DNA of 64,000 nt from Octopus vulgaris (GCA_951406725.2 OX597829.1:248001-312000), one strand, 5' to 3'; counted from the first letter of the stretch, positions 13,378 through 27,848 are shown. Numbers and translations are program-made. Notes: generated by a model not told the origin, from the letters alone.

Positions 13378-14601
13378 CATCATCATTTTTGTCGCGTGGA
13401 TAACAGCGAACTAATTGACTGTCTTTGTTGGAGTGTAAAACCCGATTCCTGCAGCTATTCGATTAAACAATGCCACGTGCCCGAAACTGATAAACAAAAC
13501 AAGTCACATGTATACACAACGGGTTTAATGGTTGAAGCGAGATGGATAACGTAAGGATCAGGTTAGAGTTGCGGCAACGGTGCTTTCTATAGTTGTGGCA
13601 GCTCTAGTTTGGTTCGCTTTGCTTTGCTTAAATTTGGTTGGGTTGGTTTGGGTTTGGGTTAGGTTCTGATCGATTCTAGTTAGTGGTTGTTCCTTTAGTG
13701 GTGGAAGCGGTGGTGGTGGATTGTGGTAGAGTGTTTTGATATCTTGAAGGGAGGGACTTGTGGGATGGGCACTGAATATTAGAGTGCACACAGGAAAGGT
13801 GGGGGCGGGGAGAGACGATGATAATAATAATAAAACAAAATATACAATATATAAAAAAATGATTACTGACAGTGAAAAGGAAAGCGAAATGATTTTTGAG
13901 AGTAAGAGATGGAGAGATAAGGAAAGGGAGCGAGAGAACGAAATAAAAAGATAAAGGAGAAAGAGATAGAGAGGAAGAGAAAGAGATAGAGAGACAGAGG
14001 GGAGAAAGAGAGAATAAGATTAGGGATCGAGAGAGTGAGAGTGAATAAGAGAGGGATTGGCTCTGTTTGTGTATGTGTGTATGTGTGCGCGCAGGCGTAT
14101 GTGCCTGTGAGGGAGAGAAAGAGAGTGTGTGTGTTTGTGTGTGAGAGCGAAAGGGCGAGAGTAACGCAAGAACTGCTGGGAACATTTGAAGCGTTGGGAA
14201 TCTGGAATTGAAGGGAATGAAAACTGGAAATTGAGATCAAGAGATACGGTGCACGAAACATGAAAATTATGAGAACGGGAGGAAAGAGAAATGACAAGCA
14301 AATAAGATGGAATTGACAGAAAAGAAAGACAAAATAATGTGTGTGTGTGTGTGTGTGTGTGTTGAGGAAGAAAGAAATACACTAAGTGTGAGTGAGGGAA
14401 GGGTAGAGAAATAGTTATTGTTCATGAGGGACTGGCAAAATAGGCCACAGAGACGGAGGATTTTCTAGAGGAAAATGTTTCGAAGAAAAGATGCTGGAAA
14501 AGAAAGTTTAGAGGCAACATTGACCAAAGAAGCGTGAGAGAAGGATGATAGAGACAAAGATTAGAATAGGAAAGAAAGCCTTGATTGGAACTGATAAAAA
14601 C

Positions 14602-14913
<312 letters not shown>

Positions 14914-16342
14914 ATTTATAAATAAGTAATAAATAAAATAAAGTTAAATGAAAAAATGTCCAAGTTCATAGCTGAAGATTTCAAGAGAAATGCATTTTAT
15001 TAAATGGCGTCCAAAATTTAACTGCTTTTTTTTTTGTTGTATTTTAGTTATTTTTGTGGGGGTTTTCGCGGATGTCATTTTTTTCTTCTTTTGTCTGTAT
15101 TTAAGTTGAATAATAATTTTTATAGATAAATATATCGTAATTACAATGTTATTGCTGGCAACACTGTCAGTACTGCTGCTGCTGCTGTTGCACGGCCCCA
15201 CCGTCACTACAACCACTACCGCCCAAATCACCACCAGCGCCACTGCCACTACCAAAAGAACCACGACCACGCACTCCTCCACCATGACCCCATTTCCATG
15301 ACCACTACCATCGTCATCATCATCATCATCATCGTTGCCATGACCATTCTCATAATAATTACCACGTCTATACAAATAAAGAATCTATATCAATTCTCAT
15401 GAACATAATTAAAGCAATAGTGATGACATCATCAACAACTGCAAAAACAATAACGGCCACAGTATAAAATAAATATAATACTAGCAACGGTAACCTTAGC
15501 AACAAAAACAACAACAACAACTGCAATAATAACTACAGCATAAGCAACTGCATTAACAACAACAACTGCAACGTGGACAACAACAATTTTTGATGACAAA
15601 GACGACTCCAACAGCAATGGAATATTCTAAAACCCCAGATACTAGAATTTTTGTTTCCTTTTCTTTTAAATAATTTAATAGGAAAAAAAAAAATCAGATC
15701 ATATATAACTGATAGTTAAAACAGCTAAACAAAGTAGTGTTTCTGTGTAGTCATTACTGAAATTGACTTCCGAAAACTTTAATGTAATCCTTTAAAAATA
15801 ATGGAATTTTTCGAGAAGAAAAAAAAGGTAAAAAAATTACGCGTATTGATAACGGCGAGCCGTTCATCTCAGTTTCAAAAATTCTTACATAAAAATGCGC
15901 GACATTTGTTTTCGAATTTATCATTTTTTAAAAAATATTTAAAAAATTATATATATGAGGCATCGTACGTTGTTGTCATATAGTTAAAGAAGAAAGTTCA
16001 ATTTATTGGTGACACAATGTCCTAGATATTTTCAAAATGGAGCACTATCGTTTTGATTCGAATTCGAAGTGGTGTAGTGGCATGATAGACAATAGTCTAA
16101 GAAACAGGAGAATGTGTGTGTGGTGTGAGTGTGTGTGTGTGCGTAAATTTACTTTTTGTTCCACCTATTTTCATTGTGCACACTCCTTGGGTGCTATTGC
16201 TCCGTTTCACCTTTGTATACTTTTTACAGCGTACTATACTGTATAACTACATATGTATACATGTCTCTCTTCTCTTTCTCTTTCTCTCTTGGTCTCTCTC
16301 TCCCTCTCTCTCTCTCTCTCTGTATCTATCTATGCTTATCCA

Positions 16343-16377
<35 letters not shown>

Positions 16378-16398
16378 CTATCTATGCTTATCCATCCA

Positions 16399-16437
<39 letters not shown>

Positions 16438-16564
16438 CCCTCTCTCACATTTCATTGCCTTCTCCTCTTGCTCACTTTCCCTCCACTTTTCACTTCACTG
16501 TGTCCCTGTCACTCTTTTCTCGCCCTTCCTTAATTCTTCTGTCCCTCTGCCTCTCTCTCTTCTC

Positions 16565-17045
16565 TTCCCACGTGACCGGCGTTCGGCCAAGCTTGATCTT
16601 TCTTTTTTGGTCTAGCCGTTGTCCGTGCAACATCGATATTCCTCCCTGGGTTTGTGAAATCTTGTATCCTTGCCATAAGGCTTCATTTCCACAGACGCCA
16701 ACTTAATATAATTCGTCCTTAGTCAAAAGACACCTGTTGTTATGTCCTGTTATTATTTTTATTGTATTTGTGTAACATTGTCCGTTTTTCTCTGTCCTTG
16801 TTTTTCTATACATTCGCTGCTTTCTTCCAAGGAATCTAATGCTCTTAGCTTCGTTTTTCCTTGAGGCTGGCCAGATTGGAGCAATCTCGAGTATAACCAG
16901 CCGAAATTGCAAAGATAATCTGGAACTCGACCGAGGAAAGAAAACTCCTTGTTTTCTTTGCATCGTCTATCTGGATGTTTTGTTGTCCCTTTTTTGTATC
17001 ACCTGTCTGGATGTTTTGCGTTCTTGTCCCATTTTATATTTCACA
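16565..17045 (+). mobile_element. Unclassified non-coding interspersed-repeat-like element ending in (TA)n, containing a structured RNA motif
   Basis: Non-microsatellite block with a T-rich 3' part and an internal CTGGATGTTTTG duplication; only one copy in this window. Confidence 0.4.
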
Positions 17046-17076
17046 TATATATATATATATATATTGTATCTGCCAG

Positions 17077-17384
<308 letters not shown>

Positions 17385-17935
17385 GTCTGTCTGTCTGTCT
17401 GTCATAAAGTGGGCAATTATGTGGTTACAGAAAAAATGATATAATCTCAACGTCTAATATTGTCCATGATGTTTGGCGTGTATCATTTATTCACCATTAC
17501 TTGTGTTTCCATTCTGTACTTCTAAGTATAGAGAACAGTTCTTTTGAGGTAAGTTGCAGCCATACTATAGAACTTAAATTTAATTTTCCTTTTTTTTTTT
17601 TTTCCACATTGACCTAAAAAATCTTTCTCTCTAAATTTTCAAACAAAGCCCCCACTTGCTGAAGTAGTTCTTTGTAGCCACTTGGAGGCTTGTGCATTTA
17701 AACCATATGGAGATTCGATCAAGCAAGAACTCCTCTCAGCTGCTTCTGACATTGTCTTTAGGCAATTTCAGGCACAGACTTAATATAAATAAGCACTGGG
17801 ATCGATTCGTTCGACTAAAATTCTTCAAGGCGGTGCCCCAGCATGGCCGCAGTCTTATGACTGAAACAAATAAAAGATATATAAATAAATAAATAAAAAT
17901 TATATAAATAAATAAATATATAAGTAATTATATAC

Positions 17936-17983
<48 letters not shown>

Positions 17984-18761
17984 GCATATATATGTGTGCG
18001 TGTGTGTCCATGTGTGTGTGTGTGTTTGTGTGTGTTTGTGTGTGTATGTGTATACTTGTATTCTCGCACACGCACACACGTATTTTAAGCAAGATATTAG
18101 CAATATGAGTCAGCGGCTTAAAAGTCAAGACGTTTATAAATCTTTATCATCTGTATAGTGAAATAATTTATGTCAACTGATTTTATTTATATTTGACTTA
18201 TTTATCTTCTTCGTTATTTGTAGACATATATTTTAAGCATACGTAGAGGGAGCTTTCGTTTAAATATTAAACGAAAGCTTCGATAAACTCTGTTGACCAA
18301 AATTGCCAGCTTACTATATATACATATGTCACACTCTATCGTATTTTACCTTTAGTATGCATAAAATTATTTCCCCTGAGACATTTTGCTTCAGTCATAT
18401 TATTATTGCAATTGAGTTGAGTGATTCAGATTTGTCTGTTTGTCCACCAGAGGAAGATATTTAAAATTAAGTAGGAGATTGAAAGCAGCCAACATGGCGT
18501 AATATGTAGGTTGTACGTTACATGACAAACATTAATTTATGGTATTGATATGATTTAAGTGGAAACAACGGGTATCTTCCCCCACTTCACAAAGAGCTAA
18601 GCAATTTCAGTAATATGCAAGATGTTTGTACATAAGTGCAACAATTAACGTAACATCCGCGGAAGCCGTATACCATTATTTTAAATTGTCAAATCAGTGA
18701 CTTTAAAACTAATTTCTCTCACAATTGTTTTATGCTCAGGTAGCTTTCTATCGATTATGCC

Positions 18762-18797
18762 TTGCTGATGAGGTCTAAAAGGCTGAAACATATCCAA
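18762..18797 (+). ncRNA. Minimal hammerhead ribozyme motif (partly decayed)
   Basis: TTG-CTGATGA-GGTC-TAAAA-GGCT-GAAAC-AT-ATC-CAA; core intact, stem I only 3 bp, stem III imperfect. Confidence 0.45.
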
Positions 18798-18984
18798 AAT
18801 AGCCATGGCTCTGTGGCTAAGAAGAAGATCACTTTGTAATCACATTGTTTCGGGTTCAGTTCCACTGCGCGTTACCTTGAGCAGGGGGTCTTCTACTATA
18901 GTTTGTGAGAGAATTTGATACATGGAAACTATGTGGAAGCGCACCGGAAAGCGAAGGCCGATACAGCTTGGCACCAGTGACTCC

Positions 18985-19120
18985 ACAACTCATTCTACAG
19001 CTGAGTGAACTGGAGCAAAGTGAAATAAAGTGTCTTGCTCAAGAACACAACATACAGCCCGGTTCGGGATTCGAACTCACTACTTCATGATTGTGAGCCA
19101 TACGCTCTAACCACTGACCA
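18985..19120 (-). mobile_element. tRNA-derived SINE family C fragment
   Basis: CAGCTGAGTGAACTGGAGCAA...CTTGCTCAAGAACACAAC...TTCGAAC...CTCTAACCACT; homologous to 47623-47850. Confidence 0.75.
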
Positions 19121-19499
19121 CCTTCATCAAAAGTGCAAAGCAACGTTTTCGATTCATCATCCGTCCCTCTGCCTAACGCTTGTATATTAAGGAAGTGAGG
19201 TGAGGCAAAAAATCAATATGATTGTACAGGTCGAGAAGCTTGCCTTGCGACTAAGAGGTTTCGGATTCAATCCCAATGCGCGGCACCTTAGGCAAGTGTC
19301 TTCTTCTATTACACCAGGTCGACTAAAGCTGTTTGAATGAATTTGGTTGACGAAAATTGTATTGATCCCGGAGGAATGAAAGACATAGATGCGCTCGGTG
19401 TTCGGAACTTAAAATATAATGAATTGCAAGAAATACTGCCAGACATCTTGTAGAAGAAAACCAGATTCCTAGATTCAGTAGTAGTTTGCGCCGGCGGCA

Positions 19500-20314
19500 A
19501 TGTGTATGTACGTATGTATGTATGTATGTATGTATGTATGTATGTATGTATGTATGTATGTATGTATGTATGTATGTATGTATGCGTGTATGTGTGTGTG
19601 TGTATGTATGTATGTATGTATGTATGTATGCATGTATGTATGTATGTATGTATGTATGTATGTATGTATGTATGTATGTATGTATGTATGTATGTATGTA
19701 TGTATGTGTGTATGTGTGTGTGTGTATGTATGTATGTATGTATGTATGTATGTATGTATGTATGTATGTATGTATGTATGTATGTATGTATGTATGTATG
19801 TATGTATGTATGTATGTATGTATGTATGTATGTATGCGTGTATGTATGTATGTATGTATGTATGTATGTATGTATGTATGTATGTATGTATGTATGTATG
19901 TATGTATGTATGTATGTATGTATGTATGTATGTATGTATGTATGTATGTATGTGTATGTATGTATGTATGTATGTGTGTATGTATGTATGTATGTATGTA
20001 TGTATGTATGTATGTATGTATGTATGTATGTGTGTATGTATGTATGTATGTATGTATGTATGTATGTATGTATGTATGTGTGTGTATGTATGTATGTATG
20101 TATGTATGTATGTGTGTATGTATGTATGTATGTGTATGTATGTATGTATGTATGTATGTATGTGTGTGTATGTATGTATGTATGTATGTATGTATGTATG
20201 TATGTATGTATGTATGTATGTATGTATGTATGTATGTATGTATGTATGTATGTATGTATGTATGTATGTGTGTATGTATGTATGTATGTATGTATGTATG
20301 TATGTATGTATGTA

Positions 20315-20349
<35 letters not shown>

Positions 20350-20406
20350 ATGTATGTATGTATGTATGTATGTATGTATGTATGTATGTATGTATGTGTG
20401 TGTGAG

Positions 20407-20438
<32 letters not shown>

Positions 20439-21305
20439 TGTATGTATGTATGTATGTATGTATGTATGTATGTATGTATGTATGTATGTATGTATGTATG
20501 TATGTATGTATGCGTGTATGTATGTATGTATGTATGTATGCGTGTATGTATGTATGTATGTATGTGTGTGTGAGTATATGTATGTATGTATGTATGTATG
20601 TGTGTGCGTGTGTGTATGTATGTATGTATGTATGTGTGTATGTATGTATGTATGTATGTGTGTGTATGTATGTATGTATGTATGTATGTATGTATGTATG
20701 TATGTATGTATGTATGTATGTATGTATGTATGTATGTATGTATGTATGTATGTATGTATGTATGTATGCGTGTATGTATGTATGTATGTATGTATGTATG
20801 TATGTATGTATGTATGTATGTATGTATGTATGTATGTATGTATGTATGTATGTGTGTGTGTATGTATGTATGTATGTATGTATGTGTGTATGTATGTATG
20901 TATGTATGTATGTATGTATGTATGTATGTATGTATGTATGTATGTATGTATGTATGTATGTATGTATGTGTGTGTGAGTATATGTATGTATGTATGTGTA
21001 TATGTATATATATGTGTATATACTTATCTATGTAGGTATGTATGTGTGCGTCTGTATGAATGTGTGTATGTATGTAAATATGTATGTGTGTATGTATGTA
21101 TATATGTATGTACGTATGAATGTGTGTGTGTTTGTGTATATGTGTGTATGTATGAATGTATATAGTTAGGTATGTGTGTGTTTGTATGTGTGTGTTTGTA
21201 TGTGTGTACATATATATGTAGGTATGTATGTATGAACGCATGCATGCGTGCTTCCATGTATGTATGTACACACACACACACATGCACACACATACACACA
21301 CACAT
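19500..21305. repeat. Very long (TATG)n microsatellite array (~1.8 kb)
   Basis: Direct reading; source of the 300-600 aa YVCM/HTYI pseudo-ORFs. Confidence 0.98.
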
Positions 21306-21796
21306 ACATTAAGAGAAAGAGGCGAGTCAGGATTTGCATAAGAACTATTTATTTAGTGTTTTCGTCCCTAAATAATGGTTGTTATTCAAACCTTACATAT
21401 TTCATTTTTCCTTATAATATATAAAATCTGTACACCAGATCAATCAATCAATCAATCAATCAAACAATGAAACAATCAATCAATCAATCAATCAACCAAT
21501 CTATCAGTATATATATGTGTGTGTGTGCGTGTGTGTATGCATGTATGTATGTATATATATCTGCATGTATGTATTTATATTCATACATCCATTCAAATAG
21601 ATATTTGTATAAACATATGTATAAAGATATATGTATGTATAAAGATATATATATACATATCAGCACGGACTTAGTCAGTGAACAGTTCGCGAATTTTAGC
21701 GACGAAAATATTTTGACAAATTAAACTTAAATGTTGAAGTGAATCGAACGGCTTTTGTGTGTTTCTTAAATGGCTTATAAACGCCTTCCACGCTGC

Positions 21797-21844
<48 letters not shown>

Positions 21845-21869
21845 CGAGAAAGGGAGAGAGAGAGAGAGA

Positions 21870-22006
21870 CAGATAGACAGATAGATAGACAGATAGACAG
21901 ACATATAGATAGATAGACAGACAGACAGACAATCAGACAATCCGAAAGACTGACGGACAGACATACAGACAGACAGACAAATACATAGATAGATAGATAG
22001 ATTGAT

Positions 22007-22049
<43 letters not shown>

Positions 22050-22754
22050 TAGATAGATACATACATACATACATACATACATACATACATACATACATAC
22101 ATACATACATACATACATACATACATACATACATACATACATACATACATACATACATACATACATACATACATACATACACACATACATACACACATAC
22201 ATACATACATACATACATACATACATACATACATACACACATACATACACACATACGTACATACGTACATGCATACATACATACATACATACGTACATAC
22301 ATACATACATACATACATACATACATACACACATACATACACACATACATACACACATACATACATACACACATACATACACACATACATACACACATAC
22401 ATACATACATACATACATACATACATACATACATACATACATACATACATACACACATACATACATACATACATACATACACACATACATACATACACAC
22501 ATACATACACACATACATACATACATACATACATACATACATACATACATACATACATACATACATACATACACATACACATACATACATACATACATAC
22601 ATACATACATAAACACACACACACACACATACATACATACATACATACATATATACATACTTTCATACATACATACATACATACATACATACATACATAC
22701 ATACATACACACATACATACATACATACATACATACATACATACATACATACAC

Positions 22755-22787
<33 letters not shown>

Positions 22788-22853
22788 CATACATACATAC
22801 ATACATACATACATACAAACATACATACATACATACATACATACAAGCATACA

Positions 22854-22887
<34 letters not shown>

Positions 22888-22909
22888 CACACATACATAC
22901 ATACATACA

Positions 22910-22943
<34 letters not shown>

Positions 22944-22960
22944 CATACGTACATATATGT
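21870..22960. repeat. (GATA/GACA)n grading into ~0.9 kb (CATA)n
   Basis: Direct reading; opposite orientation to the 19500 array. Confidence 0.97.
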
Positions 22961-23104
22961 ATGGCGGGATGCGCTCAATGCGCGACACTATTCAGATTCC
23001 GGCTCTTATTAAACCCTTACAGTTGCTCTATCCCACAGATTCCTCAATGGTCTGAGGAGTATCCATGAATCTAGATATGTTTGTAAGCCATGAGGAGAAA
23101 AGGA

Positions 23105-23140
23105 ATCTGACGTTTCGGGAGTTGTTCCTTCATCTGAGAT
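23105..23140 (-). ncRNA. Degenerate minimal hammerhead motif
   Basis: Minus strand ATCT-CAGATGA-AGGAACAACTCCC-GAAAC-GTC-AGAT; perfect 4-bp stem I and GTC triplet; one core change (CTGATGA to CAGATGA). Confidence 0.55.
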
Positions 23141-23216
23141 ATAGCTGAAAATTTTCTAAATATATGTCTGAAATTTTCGCTCATCAAAATTCAAGGACTT
23201 AAGCATAAAAATTTGA

Positions 23217-23276
<60 letters not shown>

Positions 23277-24159
23277 GTATAAAAGAAAAGTTATGAAAAT
23301 GACAGAAAAGGAACGGAAATAAATAAGAAATTGCTTCTTGAATTATAATACTGGAAACATTTGTACATTTATCTGAAGTGATGAAGAAATATTTTTTAAC
23401 TGAAGCATACAAACTTCCTGTCTTCTTCGCATCTTGGTAAGTTGACAGAGAAGCGTTGATGATGATCTTGAATTCTTTATGGAGGCTTCTAAAGTTACAG
23501 AAGTCTTGGCATTTTTTAAACAGAATTCTATAGTAATCAGTAATGTTCTGTTGCTTTTATATATATATTTCATTTTTATTTTTCGTTTGTTTTTTTTTCT
23601 TTTTCCACAAAGATTTGCTTTGCTTCTCCGAATCCGTAGAATTCAACATCTTGATCCAAGCTGTTTAACTAAACCATCTACAAATTCCAAATATTCAGTG
23701 ATATCTTCATGTTTTCGAAATCTTGTCATCACTTTTTTTCTCATCTACGTGTCTCCCCTCATTTAGAAACCATGATGTCAAATTCCAAGCAGCCCCTCTA
23801 CCTTATGTACATTCACATTTTATTTCTTTTTTTTATTGTTTTGTTCTTTTCCTATATTTTTTTATCAATAAACATCAACAATCATCTGTTTCCTAAACTT
23901 TTCTAAGCTCCAGCATCCTCCTAATCTTTTTTATTTTCTAACCAAAAAATTCCCACCACAGTTTCACGTTCTTCAGTCTGTCATATACGTATATACATAT
24001 ATATATAATGTGTGTCTATAAATCTGTGCTTATATATATATATATATATACATACATATACATATACATATACATATATATACATATACATATACATATA
24101 CATATATGTATATATATATATATATCTGTATCTATATATATATTTACCTATCTATCTAC

Positions 24160-24243
<84 letters not shown>

Positions 24244-24294
24244 GTATTTATATGTATGCGTATATATATATGTATATGCATGTATATATATATA

Positions 24295-24331
<37 letters not shown>

Positions 24332-24767
24332 GTATGTAAGTATGCATTTATGTATGTCTTTCTACCTTGTTTAGCGTTTTGGCTGTATCAAATAGCGTAG
24401 CTTTAAAGTAAATCTCCTCCTACGGAAAATGTTTCCTGGTTAAAATTAGTGAAAACTTAAAACATTAGATTCATAACTAATCTTGAAGACGGTAGCACAG
24501 ACATACTGAGTGAGAAAGAAAGAGAAAGAAAAAGAGTGAGACTGAGAGAGAGAGAGATTGAGAGAGAAAGAGAAGGTGGGAAGAGTTATACGGAACTGTT
24601 GTGAGAAGCTGAAAAGATTGTATTTGCATACATATATATATATATATATATAAAGCAATTAAGTTTCAAGTAAATTCCAATGAATTCACTTGAATGTGGT
24701 ACTTAACTTAGATGCACCAGAAAAACTATATGGTGTTAACCATACAGTAATGTGGGGTGATTATAAA

Positions 24768-25114
24768 CGAGAAAGAAGCAACAAGAATGGATTAGTTTTT
24801 AGTACAATTGTTTCATACAAAGACAGGCTTTATTACAAGTTGCAAATATTGCAGCAGATAAAAGTGAAGACTGTGCATCATCATTAAGGAACTTTGGAAA
24901 ATTGTTTACAACCTATATCTGCCTCTAATGGAACTATCTCCAATATCTCATGAGTATAACCTCACCCACTAAGATGTCTAGAGAACTCATATGTATTTTA
25001 GCTGATGAGTACGGGACACTTTTATCTGCTGCAATTTTTGCAACTTGTAATAAAGCCTGTCTTTGTATGAAACAATTGTACTAAAAACTAATCCATTCTT
25101 GTTGCTTCTTTCTC

Positions 25115-25115
<1 letters not shown>
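24768..25115. repeat. 99-bp near-perfect inverted repeat (24768-24866 / 25017-25115) abutting (TA)n
   Basis: Arms differ at about one position; spacer contains a lone CTGATGA at 25002. Confidence 0.9.
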
Positions 25116-25164
<49 letters not shown>

Positions 25165-25894
25165 GTACATACACATATGTTTATAGACACACATACAAAC
25201 GAAATGAATTGGTTCGACTCCACTCATCTTTCCATACATATGAATGAAGACTATGTAAGGACAAATTTAGAGCGCGACAACAGCTGACTGCTAAATCTAA
25301 CATTGAAAGTAAAAGTGTTCATTATCTAAAATAAATTTAATGAAATCATCTGAGCTCTTCTCAGAAAGATAAATGTCCACTTGATTAAATTAAAGTCGGA
25401 AGTATGGTACTGCTAGCTCTTTGAATTGCACAGGACAAATACAAGCGTGAAACAATGGATAGAAAATGTTTCTTGCACTGTGATGAAAACTACAAGATTC
25501 CAAAGAATATGAATTTACATATAAAATCCTTGAAAATGGATTGTTCACAAGAAGACAATAGAAAATGAAAAGAGAAACGGTAGATAAGTAAATTAACGAT
25601 ATCGCAAAACGATATTGTTAATCAAAACATAAACCTCTTCAATTAATTAACAAACAGTATTGTTTTGGAACAAGAGGATGGAATATCTAAATCATGACCT
25701 CAATCTCACAGGAAGAATGAAGTATCCCCCATTGTGCAGGTATTTTGGAACGATGGATCTTCAAGCAGATAAGCTAAAGATAATAGCGAGTGACTTCTGG
25801 GTTAAAAATCCCTTTAGCTGGAAAAAGTTGAAGGCTGCCTGTAATGCAAAAACCCCCCCAAAAAAACAAAACAAACATATATATATATATATAA

Positions 25895-26159
25895 AATCAA
25901 CATGAGCAACAAGAATATCTTCGGTAATTTGGTACGATCATTTCACGCTACATCATTTTATTAAACATTGTAAGTATTACAGAAGTTTTAATGTTTAATA
26001 AAATGATGTAGCGTGAAACGATCGTACCAAATTACCGAAGATATTCTTGTTGCTTATTTTGATTATAATCACGCTATGGATTTATATGGATAACACCATA
26101 CAAAATTCTGGTGCATCTAACTTAAGTACCATATTCATTTGAATCTAAATGTTGCTGAA

Positions 26160-26163
<4 letters not shown>
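25895..26163. mobile_element. Fold-back (inverted) insertion of the long-stem-II hammerhead family between (TA)n tracts
   Basis: Arms 25895-25969 / 25990-26064; the plus copy continues to GCTGAACTT-(TA)n as at 9730; has perfect palindromic GAAACGATCGTA. Confidence 0.85.
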
Positions 26164-26211
<48 letters not shown>

Positions 26212-26540
26212 CATGTCTAGATATGTAAGTATATGCATGAGAATACATACAAAAATCAAGACATACAAATCTGCACACATACATACATACATACAGACAG
26301 ACAGACAGACAGACAGACAAGTATACGAACAATAGTACCCTGTTGTTGATGTTGACATTCTAATGAAGGACCCCTGGATCTAAGTTAGAAACCAGTGTGT
26401 GTGTGTGTGTGTGCAAAATTATCTAATTCTGCATATTTCTGAGAGTGGCTCATGTCATTCATACTCTACACTCCACCTTTACAATAGGCCTGAACTAAAG
26501 TACAGAATGTCTTCATGTTCAGCGTTTTATAATAATAATA

Positions 26541-26597
<57 letters not shown>

Positions 26598-26614
26598 TTA
26601 ATAATAATAATAAC

Positions 26615-26673
<59 letters not shown>

Positions 26674-26674
<1 letters not shown>

Positions 26675-27229
26675 AATGCCCTGATGCAGTACCAGGCAGT
26701 GGCTCTCATGGCTTCTGATCTTAACTGATTGGAAGTGTTATCATGTACATTATTTTGTCTTGGTATAAAAGATGGGCTACAGCAAATATTCTGCTCAATA
26801 CCACAGATTTGCTTGTCAGTTGTTTGACCTTAACCAGTTGAGCATGTCCCTTAGTGGCTGACGATATGTGCATCTCTGATCGCGAGCAGAAGTAGTGGGG
26901 GAGCATCATAGCCATGTGTTGAGAGGGATTCTTTGGGGTTTGAATAATTCACCTTTGGAAACATTGTTGTTTCGTTCAACATCCTTAAACAACCCTTATT
27001 CAGGGACCTTCTGAGCGGGATGGCCTACTCGACCAGAACAAATTTCTAACTGGGCCCCACCTGCAAGGTCATGTGCTGTTTATCTTGATATGAGATCACC
27101 ATGTCGCGCACATATGGTTGTGATGTATGTGCCTAGTGTACTCGTATCAGACGGGTAGTTATGATGGGTATACTGGGCTTCGTATATTTTACCCGTGTCA
27201 CTTTGATGGCATGCACTGCTCTCTCACTC
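26674..27229 (+). mobile_element. ~556-bp non-coding element flanked by (AAT)n, full-length copy
   Basis: AAATGCCCTGATGCAGTACC...CTCTCACTC then (AAT)n; further copies at 35620, 36375, 57227 and 60915. Confidence 0.85.
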
Positions 27230-27264
<35 letters not shown>

Positions 27265-27409
27265 TGATGATGATGATTATGATGATGGTGACGATGATTA
27301 TGATGAGGATGATGATGATGGTGATGATGATGATGATGATAATGATATATAAGACTCCAGGAGGTCCAACTAAACCTATGATAAAAAGAAATAATATCAG
27401 TAATAATAA

Positions 27410-27605
27410 TTGCTTTAAATTTTTCCACAAGGGCAGATATTTTGGTAGAGATGTGTCGATTACATCGAACCCAGTGCTTCACCGGTACTTAATTTATCGA
27501 TCCCGGAAAAAATGAAAGCAAAGTCGACCTCGGCGGTATTTGAACTCAGAACGTAGCGACGGGCGAAATAGAGCTAAGCTTTTAGTCATGTGTGCTAACG
27601 ATTCA
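27410..27605 (-). mobile_element. SINE family A
   Basis: GCAAAGTCGACCTCGGCGG..TTTGAACTCAGAACGTAGCG. Confidence 0.8.
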
Positions 27606-27696
27606 AGAAGAAGAAGAAGAAGAAGAAGAAGAAAAAGAAAACTAACAATAATAGTAAAACGGATATCGGTAATATAACATATGATATGACATGATA

Positions 27697-27781
<85 letters not shown>

Positions 27782-27848
27782 ACCTCGTGAGTACCGCTGG
27801 CGATTCTTTTCCCCTGTCTTCCCTTCTCTGGATCTTTCCTTCTCCTAT

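Noticed and set aside
19475-23012. Long ORFs of 250-608 aa (HTYI/YVCM repeats)
   Set aside because: Stop-free translations of (TATG)n/(CATA)n; the same applies to the poly-N/I/L/D/Y ORFs throughout the track.
26678-26800. 5S rRNA-derived head for the 556-bp element
   Set aside because: Only short scattered matches (GATCT..CTGAT..GGAAG, GATGGG); not supportable without an alignment.
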